Source: Cirrosporium novae-zelandiae
Lineage: Eukaryota
Direction: 5' to 3'
Length of the DNA stretch: 64,000 nucleotides
Assembly (NCBI GenBank): GCA_026023565.1
Contig: JAPETS010000004.1
Span: forward strand, 310,001-374,000
Shown: one piece after another, positions 26,078-41,150 of the stretch
How the letters are laid out: every line of letters starts with the position of its first letter
Numbering within the stretch: the first letter of the stretch is position 1
Notes under the pieces: model-generated
What the model was told of the DNA's origin: nothing
Databases searched by the model: none
Seen by the model: only the letters and a program-made list of their open reading frames with translations
Program-made: the position numbers and the translations under genes

Positions 26078-27181
26078 TCAATCCAGATCAGTTTCTTGGG
26101 GGACATACTGCGATCCTGCTTTTTGTGATTTGAAAATGCTATTACTGAGAGCACCCTTTTCATCGATTCGATTTAATGAGTTCTCTTTTGACCTTGGAGC
26201 TTCTGATTTGGCTTGAGATAGCTCTTCCCCAAAGAGAAGTGTGAAGACGACCACGAAATACACATCGGTTGTCTGCCTGTGTTTCAGGACATATCGGAGA
26301 GTATGTGACTTTTCGTCAATATATTTAATAACCGAGAGGGAAAAGCCTGGGAGTTTTAAAGAGAAATCTTTGAAAATATTAGTCTTTGTGTCTTGGGTGC
26401 TTTGTCAATATTGCTAAATTGAACATACCGTTGAAGTCGAGGTACGGGTTGAAAAAGTCCCCCTGATAAAGCCTTCCTTGCTCAAATGCAAAATTAAGCC
26501 GGTTCTGCTCATTCAGTGCCCATTTTTTCCTTTTATCTGCTTCGCTAGGCATTCCAGCGGTTCTCCTCAACTCTTCACCACTACCATCTGCTCCCTCTAA
26601 AATGACATCTTCATGAACAGCTCCAGGTAACTTCCAGCCCCCATTCATCTCGTCTTTGTCTACCAGCTTTTCTCCAACTCTCCACGTATTGATACTCGAG
26701 AGTGCTGGACCATAGAGATAAGGTTTATCCGCATATGGATCACCATCTAAACCAGGGTCGATAGCCCACTTGGCAATCTTGAAAGCCGTGTTGAATCCTG
26801 GGGGAAGACGGTCGCGGATAGGTCGATCGAAATCATTGCCGAAGAGGATATCATTCCCAGAAACATTCTTCTTTGGAAGAAATGAGAACGAAATGGAATA
26901 ACGATCCTTGGTATGAGCCTCGTGGGAAAAATATGAAGTTGTGGTAGGTGATCCTTCTGGGAATCCTACAAGCCAGACACGCATTCAGTCGATATATAAA
27001 TCAATTATCGGAGGAATTATATACCTCGATAATTAAGAATGCGAACAGTCAAATGCGTTGTCATATGCTCATTATCAATCTGGAAAGGCTGCTCTGAATT
27101 TACAGGCACGACAGCATGAGTTGAAGGGTCATAGGATGGTCCAGCCGTCACACGAAGGAGATAATTCTCAGCGGGCGCCAT
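26078..27181 (-). CDS. DUF1769 family protein; at least 2 introns
   Basis: MAPAENYLLRVTAGPSYDP...NYRG/FP, FGNDFDRPIRDRLPPGFNTAFKIAKWAIDPGLDGDPYADKPYLYGPALSS, DFFNPYLDFN. Confidence 0.85.
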
Positions 27182-27739
27182 AGGTTCGGGGTCTCTGCTA
27201 TTACAAAAATTAAAGGTTGGTTTGTAGAAATAGGAGAGAAGATGAAATGATAGACAAGGTAAATGTTGTAGTAATAATTTAGGAAGCGTAGGATATTGAT
27301 TATTCTTTGTTGGTCTTCTAAAACCTTTGTATGCATGAAAATGCGGCTTCGAAACTTAAGCCGTCATGGTTGACGAGGGGAATGAGGCTCCTCGATGCTT
27401 ATTGGATACAAGCATATATTCAATATTCGGTGGAAGAAAGCCTTAACTTAAGTAGATAATCCAAGACTGGACATACCAATTCAGAGCATTTTGGTCTCTT
27501 TCATTCCCTCTCATCTTGTAAAAAGCACTTTTTGTGCAATGTACCTAGGTACCTAGGCATACTAAGGGAAGTTAAGTAAGGTATAATATATGAAAGTGAT
27601 TGGATATTTAAATTAAACTACGGATCCAGATAAGCTATGACGTCAATCTTTAGGCTGCTTATCCTGGCACCCCTGCACCTCTGCACCCCTGATACGTCCT
27701 GCACATTAGTCGTATTTTAGCATTCATGCCCTATCACTG

Positions 27740-29150
27740 CTAATAAAAAGGATGCTTAAAGTGAGGGGCGTAATGCAGAGATGAAGCAACCTCATCGAAA
27801 TCCACTCGAACAAAATATGATACATGTCCTGAAGGTCCTAATTCTATCCAATATTGTGCTAGCGTATCATGCGAAATCATTATCAATTGACTCGGTATCA
27901 GCTCATCTGTTATCATGATTAGTTTTGTATCTGTCATATCCAAAATACTTTATAACAATCCCAGCTGTCACTTGGAACTTATCATGGACCAGACTTTTCA
28001 TGGAGTCCTTAGGCATGCTGCTCCAAGTGATAGTGGATGATGTTAACCAAGACGTAGACGTACCTCGTACAAATCCTGGTAGAGCGACATGTCCAAGACT
28101 CTTGACGATCCTCGCTCCAACGAATGGTGCTTCCTCTGCAACTCGGATCAAACCCCCGGACCCTATGTCTGGTGCAACCCAAGATAATTCTCCGCGAGGC
28201 ACATTGGAATCTCCAGTCAATTTAATAGCTCTCATACAGCCTTTAAATCCTGGTTCTTCTTTTTTATTTAAAGGTTGGCCTGGAATGGTTGTTTCAGTTT
28301 CACTAATATCACGTAGAGGCTCGTCATCCTGTATAATTAAGAGAAATTCGCATCCCTGACCAGAATAGTCTCCAACCCAGATACCTTGCCACGGCTTTTG
28401 CTCTGTGGGAGTATATAGTTCAGGCGATATTGTGCTGAATGTCTCCATCCCTGCCAATGTTCGAATCCGGAATGCGGTATCGCATACTTTATCTAGGGTT
28501 AACGGTTGATGACCGCTGCATCTGGACCCATCATGACTCTGATTGCATACATGGTGTTTTGATGGGATATTTTTCGGTGGCCAAACTGACATGGGGTGAC
28601 GAGGTGCAATTGCGTGGGCCAGCAGGAGCTCTTGCTTATTATTTGCCTTTATTGGATTAAAGATTTGCAAGTCTTTGGTGACCAGTATAGGGGGCAATTG
28701 AATAGAAGGGGCCTCGTTCAATTGAACCTTAGGATTGAAATTGCATATGTGGACAGAGGGATTCCAATCCCATTGCTGGGCTGATACCTCCCATCTTCGT
28801 AACGTAGTGATCACTGTCCGTCCGTTCATCCTCCCTGTGCCGCTATCGTACGTGAATAGTACAAGACGACCATTATACTGCTTATCAGAGAACCAAATCC
28901 TATTGCGACACAAAAACCAGTAGGGATAATGTAGGAGATAAAGGGACCGGAATGATTGGAAAGGCGAAGGGGTCTCTATGCTGCCAATATTTTCTCGAAC
29001 TAGACGGCCCCAGAGTAGCTCGTCAGATGCAAGGGTGTTGACACGGCGGCATGTCCTTGACAAATTGGCTAGACTAGGAGCGGGTAAAAAGTCGAAAACC
29101 TTTAGGAGAAGTTCATTTGGCAAATCAATAAGTGTACTGTGAGGAGTCAT
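27740..29150 (-). CDS. F-box protein with C-terminal DUF3506/FBXO31-like domain; intron 28063-27907
   Basis: N-terminal F-box LIDLPNELLLKVFDFL; GIWVGDYSGQGCEFLL, AIKLTGDSNVPRGE, final exon QLIMISHDTLAQYW...GHVSYFVRV. Confidence 0.85.
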
Positions 29151-29423
29151 TGTCTCAATAGTGATGATAGAAAAGAAAGTCTATGCACTTTGAGGAATAG
29201 ATATCAATTTTTTAGAATTACTTAGGTATGTAGCCTATAGATATGTTAGAGTGCATAACACTGATACGTAAGTAGGTATCGCAAAAGGCGGGGAAACTGC
29301 TAGCTCCGAGCCTCTGACTAGCGCTAAGTCGATATTGCGTTTGCGGTCCGTGTGGAAAACCGTAAATTTTTTCTTAGAGTTTTGCGCATTAAGTCTCATC
29401 CTAAGCAGAATAATCTCATGATC

Positions 29424-30884
29424 ATGGATACTGATACTACAAACCAGACTGGTCGACAGTCTCAAGTACGAATTCATTTGTCATCTCGGGACCCGGATGT
29501 TGCTCTTCCAGAGTCTCCTACAATTCTTGTGCCAACAGGTAATGTCGTGCCAGCGTTCGTGAATCGCAACCCCACTGATGATGTTATAGATCTTGGCCGT
29601 AGAGGGCTTTCTGAAATTGTCAATGAGCTTTTAAAAAGAGAGAGGATACCGTTCGAATTCCATATCAATGGCACAGGATCTTTTCTAAACACTTCAATTG
29701 ACGAATTCCTTACCGCAAATGGTATCTCTGCAGAGACAATACTAGACGTCGAATATATTCGTGCTCTTATACCGCCAGTGTATATTGGATCATTCGAACA
29801 TGATGACTGGGTGTCCGGGGTGGATATCCTCCAAGGCATGCCATCCGGTCAAGAGCGAATGGTGACTGCAAGTTATGATGGATTCATCCGAGTTTGGAAT
29901 ATGTCGTCAGAGGTACTGGCTACGTCCTCTGCTACGGGCAGTGCATACATGTCGTCTATGACGAGTGCCAAGTTTGTAACACCCGATTTAGTTGCCTCAG
30001 GAAGCCTCGATAGAACGTTACGTTTATGGAAGTATTTAGACGCAAAGCCAGGTGATTCAACCCCGGCGTCATTAACTCCTAAACTCGTCCTGTATGGTCA
30101 TAAAGAAAGCATCGACCACATTGCTATTCATAGGGCATCTCACCGTATGCTTTCAGCATCTGCGGATCACTCCGTAGGACTGTGGTCTACTCGCAAATCA
30201 GACGCACCCCCAGCTCCAACTGCTCGGCTATTCTCAAACAGCCGAACTATATCAAAAAAACAGAAAACAGGTGCAAATGTGCCACATTGTGGACCTCTTG
30301 CACTGTTAGAATCACATACACAGCAGGTTACTTCCACAATATTTGCTTCAAATGATGCTACGGTTGGCTACTCGGTATCCTTAGACCATACCTTAAAGAC
30401 ATGGGACTTGGAAACTACATCCCTGGTCAACACCCGAACACTTTCCCATTCACTTCTCTCCATGGAAGCGCTGCCCTCATTAAGCCTATTAGCTGCAGGA
30501 TCAATGGAACAAATTATTACATTGATAGATCCTAGGGCTTCTGCCCAAAAGGTTGCAGCCATGACACTTAAAGGACATCTCAATGCCGTCAAGGCTTTGG
30601 CGCGGGATCCTCATAGTGAATATGGGCTTGTAAGTGGAAGTTATGATGGTACCTGCAGAATATGGGACACTCGATCGACAAAGACATCCCTGGAAGGTGT
30701 TATTTCAGAAAATATATACACAATACCAAGACAGCGTCAGAAAGAACAAAAACCAAAACGTGACGGAGACGGCGTTAAGGTATTTGATGTTTATTGGGAT
30801 GCAAATATTGGTATTATCAGCGCTGGGGAGGATAAAATGGTGCAGATCAATAAAGGTCAGGAATTTTTAAGTAAAGCCAACTAG
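29424..30884 (+). CDS. YTM1: Ribosome biogenesis protein Ytm1/WDR12 (NLE ubiquitin-like domain + WD40); intron 29539-29589
   Basis: IPFEFHING...NGISAETILDVEYIRALIPP, HDDWVSGVD, WD repeats, AGEDKMVQINK. Confidence 0.93.
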   Translation: MDTDTTNQTGRQSQVRIHLSSRDPDVALPESPTILVPTGNVVPAFVNRNPTDDVIDLGRRGLSEIVNELLKRERIPFEFHINGTGSFLNTSIDEFLTANGISAETILDVEYIRALIPPVYIGSFEHDDWVSGVDILQGMPSGQERMVTASYDGFIRVWNMSSEVLATSSATGSAYMSSMTSAKFVTPDLVASGSLDRTLRLWKYLDAKPGDSTPASLTPKLVLYGHKESIDHIAIHRASHRMLSASADHSVGLWSTRKSDAPPAPTARLFSNSRTISKKQKTGANVPHCGPLALLESHTQQVTSTIFASNDATVGYSVSLDHTLKTWDLETTSLVNTRTLSHSLLSMEALPSLSLLAAGSMEQIITLIDPRASAQKVAAMTLKGHLNAVKALARDPHSEYGLVSGSYDGTCRIWDTRSTKTSLEGVISENIYTIPRQRQKEQKPKRDGDGVKVFDVYWDANIGIISAGEDKMVQINKGQEFLSKAN

Positions 30885-31239
30885 GAGTATGAAAAATGTT
30901 ACGATAAAAGTTGTAATGCTAGAGTCTTTTCACCGGTAGATATTGGGAGGCTGTTATGGTTCAAAGGATACCTATATATTCGGGCGAAAATAACAAAAGT
31001 TCATTGATTAATCATTGTACCTATCGGTAATAATGACCATGGGACATTGAATTATTGGTAGAAGCTACCCGAAGAACTAATTTCTTGGTATGATCTCTTG
31101 CCAGAATAGGACTCTTCACTATTCCCTGACCACTGAGGTACTCTTTATGGGCTAGAATGTGCTTTTTTATTCAGTGAGAGATGACATATAGTTCAGTGGC
31201 AAACCGTTCAGTATTTCGGGCGCATTTCAAAGTTAGGAC

Positions 31240-31513
31240 AATGGGGTGGTGTAAGCGACAATGGAACCTGCAAAGTTCGAATCTAGCTAATACAAAAAGG
31301 ATTGAATCATGTTGAGACGATCCTAGGATGAGGAGGCCTGGGGTGAGATTTTTATAATATGTTGCTCCTGACCTAGACCCTGGGTAGATAGATAGTCCTG
31401 ACTATCAGAATATGATACCAGGATCTAGGGGTTCCATAGAGATAATACTCTAATAGTCGAGTTCATGGCCACAGGTCTCACCCCTCTAAACGAGGTTCCC
31501 ATCATCTTTTTTT
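31240..31513 (+). ncRNA. Candidate Pol III-transcribed structured RNA of unknown class
   Basis: A-box-like TGGTGTAAGCG (31247), B-box GTTCGAATC (31275), nested complementary stems and a T7 run at 31507-31513. Confidence 0.4.
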
Positions 31514-31932
31514 AACGGACGTCTTAAGACTCCTATTTTATCCTCTTCAATAGCCACCCTATAGCAAATAAATCATTCAGCCAAGAAGGATCTTGAAGAC
31601 CATTTTAAGTTAATACTGAAACTCTGGGTGCATTCCTTACTATACCAAAAGCGTGGAAAGATACAACTCATCAAATAGAAGAAACTCGAAATATCAGAAC
31701 GCTATCCAAGGAGCTGTTATGGAAAGGACAAGGAAGTAAAAAAGAGAGAAGACAAGAAAAACTCAAATACTAATTTGCACGGCGAGTTCGTAGAGAATTG
31801 AAGAGTCAATGGTGCGAGACAAATGAGCTTTACCTACGACTGACACAAATGATATATGATTGTTTAACCTACTGCAAACTATACATGTAGCCCATTGGGT
31901 ATATGCTCGAAAACACCTGATGATTAACAAAG

Positions 31933-32475
31933 TTAACCATTTCTCTCTATCTTATTCAGCCTTCTAGCTGTACATATCTGAAACATCTCTTGTTAGTCTC
32001 TTTTGAGCGCACTTAATAGATATATAAGGTAGAAACATACCTGGGACCTAGTTTTTTGGCCTCTAACAGGCAGATTCATAGCATGCCGCCTTCCCCTATA
32101 CGTCCCCATATCCCTCAATCTTTGAATATTTTCTCTGAGCTCTCTCCTCAAGTTATTTTCGATCTTCATGTTTGAGAGCGACGCAGTCAAGTCTAGGACT
32201 TGCTTGTTCGCTAGACCTCCCACTTTGCAGGTTGGGTGGATATGATGGCGCGCCATTAGACGGGTGCAAACCACAGGGCCTATTCCATAGAATGACTCGA
32301 GGGATTTCTAGTAGAGAAGATAGTATTAGTTGGAAGCGCAATTCTTGGTGTTACTGGAGGAGGGAGAAGTGCAGACTTTTACGAGACGGCCATCTGGGAA
32401 ATTAACACCGAATATAAGAACCTGCTAAATATTAGTCTCAAGGTAATTTAGCCTACACGAAATAAAATATACCAT
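31933..32475 (-). CDS. SWS2: Mitochondrial ribosomal protein uS13m; exons 32475-32473 (ATG only), 32421-32377, 32307-32041, 31977-31933
   Basis: M/VLIFGVNFP...KSLESFYGIG...IQRLRDMGTYRGRRHAMNLPVRGQKTRSQ/ICTARRLN, S13 signature. Confidence 0.93.
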
Positions 32476-32773
32476 ATTGAGAGGAGTAATAGATTTCAAG
32501 TAAAGAAGGTTGAAAAGCTGGAGCTTGATACTAGATTCCTAATGCACGGTACTGTAGTTTGAAATTCGGAACTCGAGGAGGCAAGCAAGGGTCGGTGTTT
32601 CGCAACTATAGTTCCCGGTCTCAGGCTAATCTAAGCGTCTTGGCCCGTGTCTGAAGGGCAACTTGTCCCCTCCAACATTGCAATCAGTTCTTGGAGGTTG
32701 TCAGGCTTCAACTCTGACACTACATTCATTTTTTATTCTACATCAAGTTTTCTATCAATTGATGCTATCCGAA

Positions 32774-33566
32774 ATGGCCAATCTTCAAAGAGTTGTCGTT
32801 TCTATCCTGGTGCTGCTCACCGCAGCATTCCTGTTCATGGCCCAAACATCTGAAGCTGCAAAGGGCCCAAAGATCACCAATAAGGTATATTCATCCGATT
32901 AATATCATCCGTGCAATGTAGTTACTAACGCGAGCACTAATTTAGGTATATTTCGATATTGAACATGGTGGGAAACCTATGGGCAGAATTGTCTTGGGAT
33001 TGTACGGCAAGACCGTCCCCAAAACCGCAGAAAATTTTAGAGCTCTTGCTACTGGCGAGAAGGGCTTTGGATATGAGGGGTCTACCTTCCACCGCGTTAT
33101 CAAAGACTTCATGATCCAGGGTGGAGACTTTACCAAAGGTGATGGCACAGGTGGCAAATCCATCTATGGTGCGAAGTTCCCTGATGAGAACTTCAAGTTA
33201 AAGCATAGTAAGAAGGGACTTTTGAGTGAGTACATCCCTTTATTGTTGACTGTGCTTGGCTAACGAGATGTTAAGGCATGGCCAATGCCGGAAAAGATAC
33301 CAACGGGTCTCAATTCTTTATTACTACTGCAATTACTAGGTAAGCCCTGATATTCCTATCCCTTTCGTGGACTACATATTGATATACAAATTAGTTGGCT
33401 CGATGGCCGGCACGTTGTGTTTGGAGAAGTTCTCGAGGGCTGGGAGATCGTGGACCAAATTCAAAATTCTCCTAAGAATCCCGGGGACAAGCCCAAAGAG
33501 AAGATTGTGATCATCAAGAGTGGAGAATTGGAAGTGCCACCAGAAGGTATCCATGTGGAGCTCTAG
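32774..33566 (+). CDS. cypB: ER cyclophilin B (peptidyl-prolyl isomerase); exons 32774-32884, 32946-33225, 33276-33339, 33395-33566; ends in HVEL
   Basis: Signal peptide, [69 protein letters not shown]-retrieval-like HVEL. Confidence 0.93.
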
Positions 33567-34886
33567 ATCGACAGATTTGTCGCTCATTCCTTGCCATATG
33601 CTATCTCGCTAAGGACTTGCTGATACATCTGGGGCTCGTCCCCATTTCCAAAGATTTTATCGGTTCTGCCCTTCCAGCTGTTGAAGATGACGAGCTCGAT
33701 GTCACTACTCCCTCGATACCAGCCCCTGCTTCAGCTTCTTCTCCAGCCAAGGAGGATAAACCAAACAGCATTCCTGTCACTGATTTGACTGGGTCCAGCA
33801 GTGAAGGCCTCAGTCTACTTCAAAAAATGATTCTCATCAGCCTAGTGGTTGCAGTAACGGTACTTTTTATTGGGAAGTCCGGAAAGGTATCATCACATAG
33901 CATGGCATAGGCCAGTTATTAGGTATATAAGTTTAAAACGTGTATGAAGGTCCCAGGAAATGCCGATATCTGAAGTTGTTTTTTCCTGTCTCAATCATGC
34001 AGGTATCCCTGTAGTTACCTGTATGCTGTGTTTGTGCTGTGCCTTTTAAAACAGGGTCTGATCACGAGAGAGGAGGCGTCTACCTGCATGCTAGACATGA
34101 CAGATGCAGCAAGATTTTGTTCAAGTATCCGTATCAGATAGATGACTCATAATTAGGCGAAAGTATGGCCTCGAGGATAAAATAAATATAAATGATGGAG
34201 ATAATTGCCATAGTCTAATAACTGGCTGATTAACTGGTTCTAGAATGAAGAAAGTGACTACAGGTGACTCCAAGTGAGTTTGGTATAGTAAGGCTTGCTG
34301 ACTTGCTGATGGTTGGAAATCGCCGGCTGAATCTGGCTTTTAACGCTACTATGGATCTATACCTTAAACGGCCTTAGTGTGTCGTGATTTTCCTCTTTCG
34401 CCTGGGCCACCAAACTCAACTTTTTGCCGCTGAAGAGAGACTGCGACTTCTCAAACTTACAAAACTCTTTCCAACCCTTCCAACTTCTTTTATTTCCCCC
34501 ATACTCTTACCCTATCCCGAACATCACACACTTTTCCCATCTCATCCTTTCCTTAAGAAGTTGGGCTTCTTGAGGATATATTAGACCGGTTGTTTATTCA
34601 GAAGATAGAAGAAGGTCTCTTGGGATTCTCACTTCTCTCCACTTCCGGTTTTGCTTGAGTTTCTTTTCACATTACAACACCAATTTTCTTTTCTTACTCG
34701 GATCTTCCCCTAGATCTAGCGAGAAAACTGTTCACTCTCTAAAGAATATTTAGACACTCGTTTGAAGGTTATCTATCTTCACGACGAGCCACTTCTTGTC
34801 TGAATTTCCACGGACGAGCACATCCAACACACCGCATTCAAAAAAAGTCTATCTCAGTTTCATCTCAACTACGTCGATTGATAATC

Positions 34887-37067
<2,181 letters not shown>

Positions 37068-38330
37068 ACTAATCTCAGCACGATATGGCATCGTATGGAT
37101 CTAAAACTTTACGCACGATACGATGTCTTTACGGGCTTGAATGAACCCTTTCATGCCTTTCAATTTCTTTCCGGTTCTCGGTTTTCGGTTTCATATACGC
37201 TTTGATTTTATATTACGAGCATGTTTTCGGTGGTGCAGATCGAGCGCAATCCATCATATGGAGCGTTCTTCTTACCAGGTCTATCAGCGGCATACTATAG
37301 ATTGCGTTGACTTTAGGCTTCCTTAGCTCTGTTCAATACCCTTTGCATTTTCGGGACTAGGGAAGGTCGGACGTCGACGAGACGAATAGATTACTCGACT
37401 TTTGATCTAGTCGGGAATCATGAATGATCTCTTAGACGGCGCTTTACGATTATCACGTTCTGGGTGCTTGATGACTGCGCCGAATGTGCTCAAATAGATT
37501 TCATTCTTCTCAGGAGTTTGCATTTGCAACATGTCTTTTTTATAAACAAGATCATGTCAAGTGCTTTGACCATATCTATGCCGGCTAATGCGATTTTCGA
37601 CCGCCGCTTCACGTGTTATGACCTTACCTGAATGCAGGATGCATTCGGGCATACAAAAATTAAGGTACATGTGGATAGGGGGCGTTTGTGAATGGCATTT
37701 ACATGGGTTACAGATCTGCGAAAAGTTTTCTCGAGCAAAGGGCTTCTGGCGCTGACTAGGGATGGAATGTCAGCCGCGGATGCCGGTTGCAACACCTCTT
37801 TTTCTTACTGTGTTGGGATCTTCGGCAACCGTCGAAGGCTTATGCTCAAGGGCATGTGTAGCTAGATGCGGATGCGATTATGGTCTAAAGCCATTTGCAA
37901 TAAAAAAATTTTTCAATGCTCCCAAATAACCTGGCAGAGCTAGTTCCTGTGCCTTCTGTAGTTGCTAAAATCTAAAGATCTTGAGGGTTTTGATGACCGG
38001 CCGATTTCCACAGCATTTGTAGAAGCTAATTGATACATATTTTAATATCAGTTAGGGCGTAAGGTGAATGATGGCCTTGCGGCGAAGTGTCAGTCCTATC
38101 TACGTAGTCATGAACCCCCCTAGACTAGCATTCTTGTTAGCTTATCATTTCACTTCTAGCTTCATCCAGTAATAGCACAGACCAGGGAGTGAGGAACGCT
38201 GCCACGGTTGTCCATGAAGTCACGTGAATATTACAGCGCGGACCACCACTGCTTATTCAATCGCGTATAGCAAGCAGCTCAAGCGAGAATGAGGTGAAAC
38301 TAGGAACTGAAAGTCCCTTTTTTTTTCATA

Positions 38331-41150
38331 ATGGAGGCCGATAATGAACATGACCGGGGCAATAGCTCTGTCATGGAGTTATCACCAGCTCGAGCCGCGG
38401 AACCAGATTCTCGAGATCCTCGTCAGACACTGCAACACGTTCTTTCGGCTGCAGATTCCACAGAACCACGTCAAGACCCTCAACCACCAACAGCAACGAA
38501 CGATCCGTCTATAGAATCGTGGGCACACGAAAACAACGTCGATCACGCTGACGATGAAGGCAGCATTCAAAACGACTCCTACACTCGAGCCTCAGAAGTG
38601 AATGCATCGCACAGCATGACAGTTTCCGGTATGCGTCGTTCTGGTAATGCAACTATCGGCTCAGTTTACTCGGGTAATAAGATCAGGCATCTGAAGAAGG
38701 AGGATGGCATCCCACTTTGGAGAAAAGATATCCAATATGAATTCCTACGCACCGTTTTCTATGATGAGACGCCATGTTTCACAGGTAGTGATGGAACAAC
38801 TGGACACAACTTCGCTGACATCTATATCGATGCCATGTCTAAAAGCAGCAAGACCAGTAAGATTCTCAAGGATAAGCTACTGAGTGACCGCCCATCCGCC
38901 CTGAGCATGAGTATGGTGTGTCTTCTTGTCAACGTGGGGAGGATGAATACTACTCTCAACTGTGAGTTGGCCTCCTTTACTGGGAACTCAAGCATGGCTA
39001 ATATTGTCATTTAGTTTTTCCAGAGATGCGCGCTCAACTACGAACATACCACTCAATCCCCTCTCTTCAAGCCCACCAAGATCCAAATGCATATAAACAG
39101 CTTCAAGATGCGCCACGATTGAAATCCATCCTCAAAGGAGCATCTGAAGATACTGAACAACCTAACACTGTGGACAAGGTTAAAAATCGACCTAAACCTC
39201 GGACCAATCCCGTGAACCTTATCTTCGTTCTTTCTCAGTATGCTCCCAAGATCTCAGAGCTTCATTTCAATCCACCTCGAGACTTCTTCGATTTGGTTAT
39301 GCGCAGCACGTTGAGTAGCATAAGTCGTGCAAAAGCTTTCTTGTGGTTGATGTGGTGGTACTTAGAGAGTGATTTCACGAAGGAATCAGCCTTAAACAAT
39401 CCATTTGGTGCAGGAGTAGTTGGAGAAGGAACACAAGGCTTCCCTTTAAAGGTACCTCCGTTTGATACTTTGACAGAGGAGCAGGCAAATGCAGAGAACG
39501 TTGACACCCAGTCCGAGGTCGACTTTGGGGAGGAGAAAAGGCTTGAAAGAAAACGTGCGTGAACCATTGTAGTCTTTTAACCATAGTGCTGACAAGATCT
39601 AGGACTTCTTGAAGAGGATGAGGCTGGAGGCCGGAATCCAAAACGAGTAAGAAGAAGTAAGCGAGAGATTGCATACGCGAACCAACTTGCCCAACTTCAA
39701 GCCAAAGGAGACATTAATGGTGGGTATATCTCCTGTCTCCAGAAACTCGACACTGCAGAGACACGCCATCAATTGATGATATCTTCATCACTTATTACTC
39801 ACTACTTGAGTTAATATCTCATTAATAAATATTTTCTTGCGCCTTTTATTGCAAGGTGTGTATAATGATTGCTAATGAAACTATTACAGACGATCAGTTT
39901 AAAGAATTGCTCGAAGCAGGGGATGAATCCCTACTAGCTCAGTTTACCCCAGGTTCATCGCCGCGACATACTGGTATGTATCAAGATATTCTCTTCTCCC
40001 CTTTTTTAGAGGCATTTTGAATTATATCAATCCTAAAACTGCCTTAGGTATCAAACTGCTAATACATGTGGGGCTTTTAGGACTAGAAGTTGGCTCGTCT
40101 AGACGACTTTCGCGACGTGAGCTTGCAGCCCGCAAAAGAGAAGCCATTGAGCATTCGGAATCCGAACGAACTAGAAGTGCATCGCCTCAAAATGGTAGAA
40201 ATGGCCGTCCGAATGGTGCTTTCTATGAAGATGATCAGGCCGAAGACAGTCTTGCTCCATTTCGGCGTAGTGGCGTAAAACGACAAAAATCCCATCAAAC
40301 GCTCTCCGCTTCTCACCGTGTATCTCTACGCCCAAGTGGCCCAGCTTCTTCTCCCATTTCCCAGCGTGACTCATTGTCCGTCGATCAACCGCAACGACGT
40401 ACCCGTCCACTAACTGCTCATCAAAAACAAGTTGAACTAGTTCGACGAGAGAAAGTCGATGCTGTTCTTGATCAGTGGTATGAGGAAGAAATGTTCCGCC
40501 AAAGCGTCAGACGCTCAGCGGAAGATCCGATCTTACGTGCCTGGCGACGCATCTCGACTGACGAGCCTGACTATGACTCTGAGGATGAGAATGCTCACGG
40601 CCGCTTAGGTCTCGGTCCCAACTCAGATGAGGTTGAAGATTTTGGGGAAGAAGCAAGGAGGCATGCGGAGGTACTTCAACAGGCTATGGCGATCCTTGAC
40701 ACGAAAACTCTAGGGGAAGGGTCGGTGAGGCCTCATGATGTAGGAGGGGACATGGCAAGAGCATTTATGAAAGAGGTAGAGATGGGGAAATTAAGATTCA
40801 GGGCTTTGAGAGCGAGACCTGTTGAGAAGCTACTACAAATCCACGAACGTGATGGACGTCGTATCAAACGCTCCAACCCAGATCCGTACGACGATCATCA
40901 CCACACTTTTAATGGGGGCGATTATGGCAATGGGACACTCCAACAACTACGTGAGACATCCATTTCGAGAGTCCAAAGTCCTGCCATGAGTGAAAGAGAT
41001 ACCGATGATGACGCTGGCTACGATACGCCAAGTAGCGAGCAACCCCGGCGAACGGGAGCCAACGAAGAATGGGAGTCAAGAAACCTCGATAGGATCGATA
41101 GGGAGTTATTGGGAGAAGATGTAAGCGAAGAGAGTTCTGACGAGGAGTAG
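38331..41150 (+). CDS. IES1: INO80 complex subunit Ies1, multi-exon
   Basis: KIRHLKKEDGIPLWRKDIQY, VNVGRMNTTLNF/FPEMRAQLRTYHSIPSLQ, KQLQDAPRLKSILK, FLWLMWWYLE, ENVDT; middle exons not fully resolved. Confidence 0.88.

Noticed and set aside
31240..31290. tRNA or SRP RNA call for the A/B-box region
   Set aside because: No cloverleaf can be formed (A-B spacing ~28 nt) and no SRP helix-8 GNRA/AGCAG motif; kept only as an unknown ncRNA
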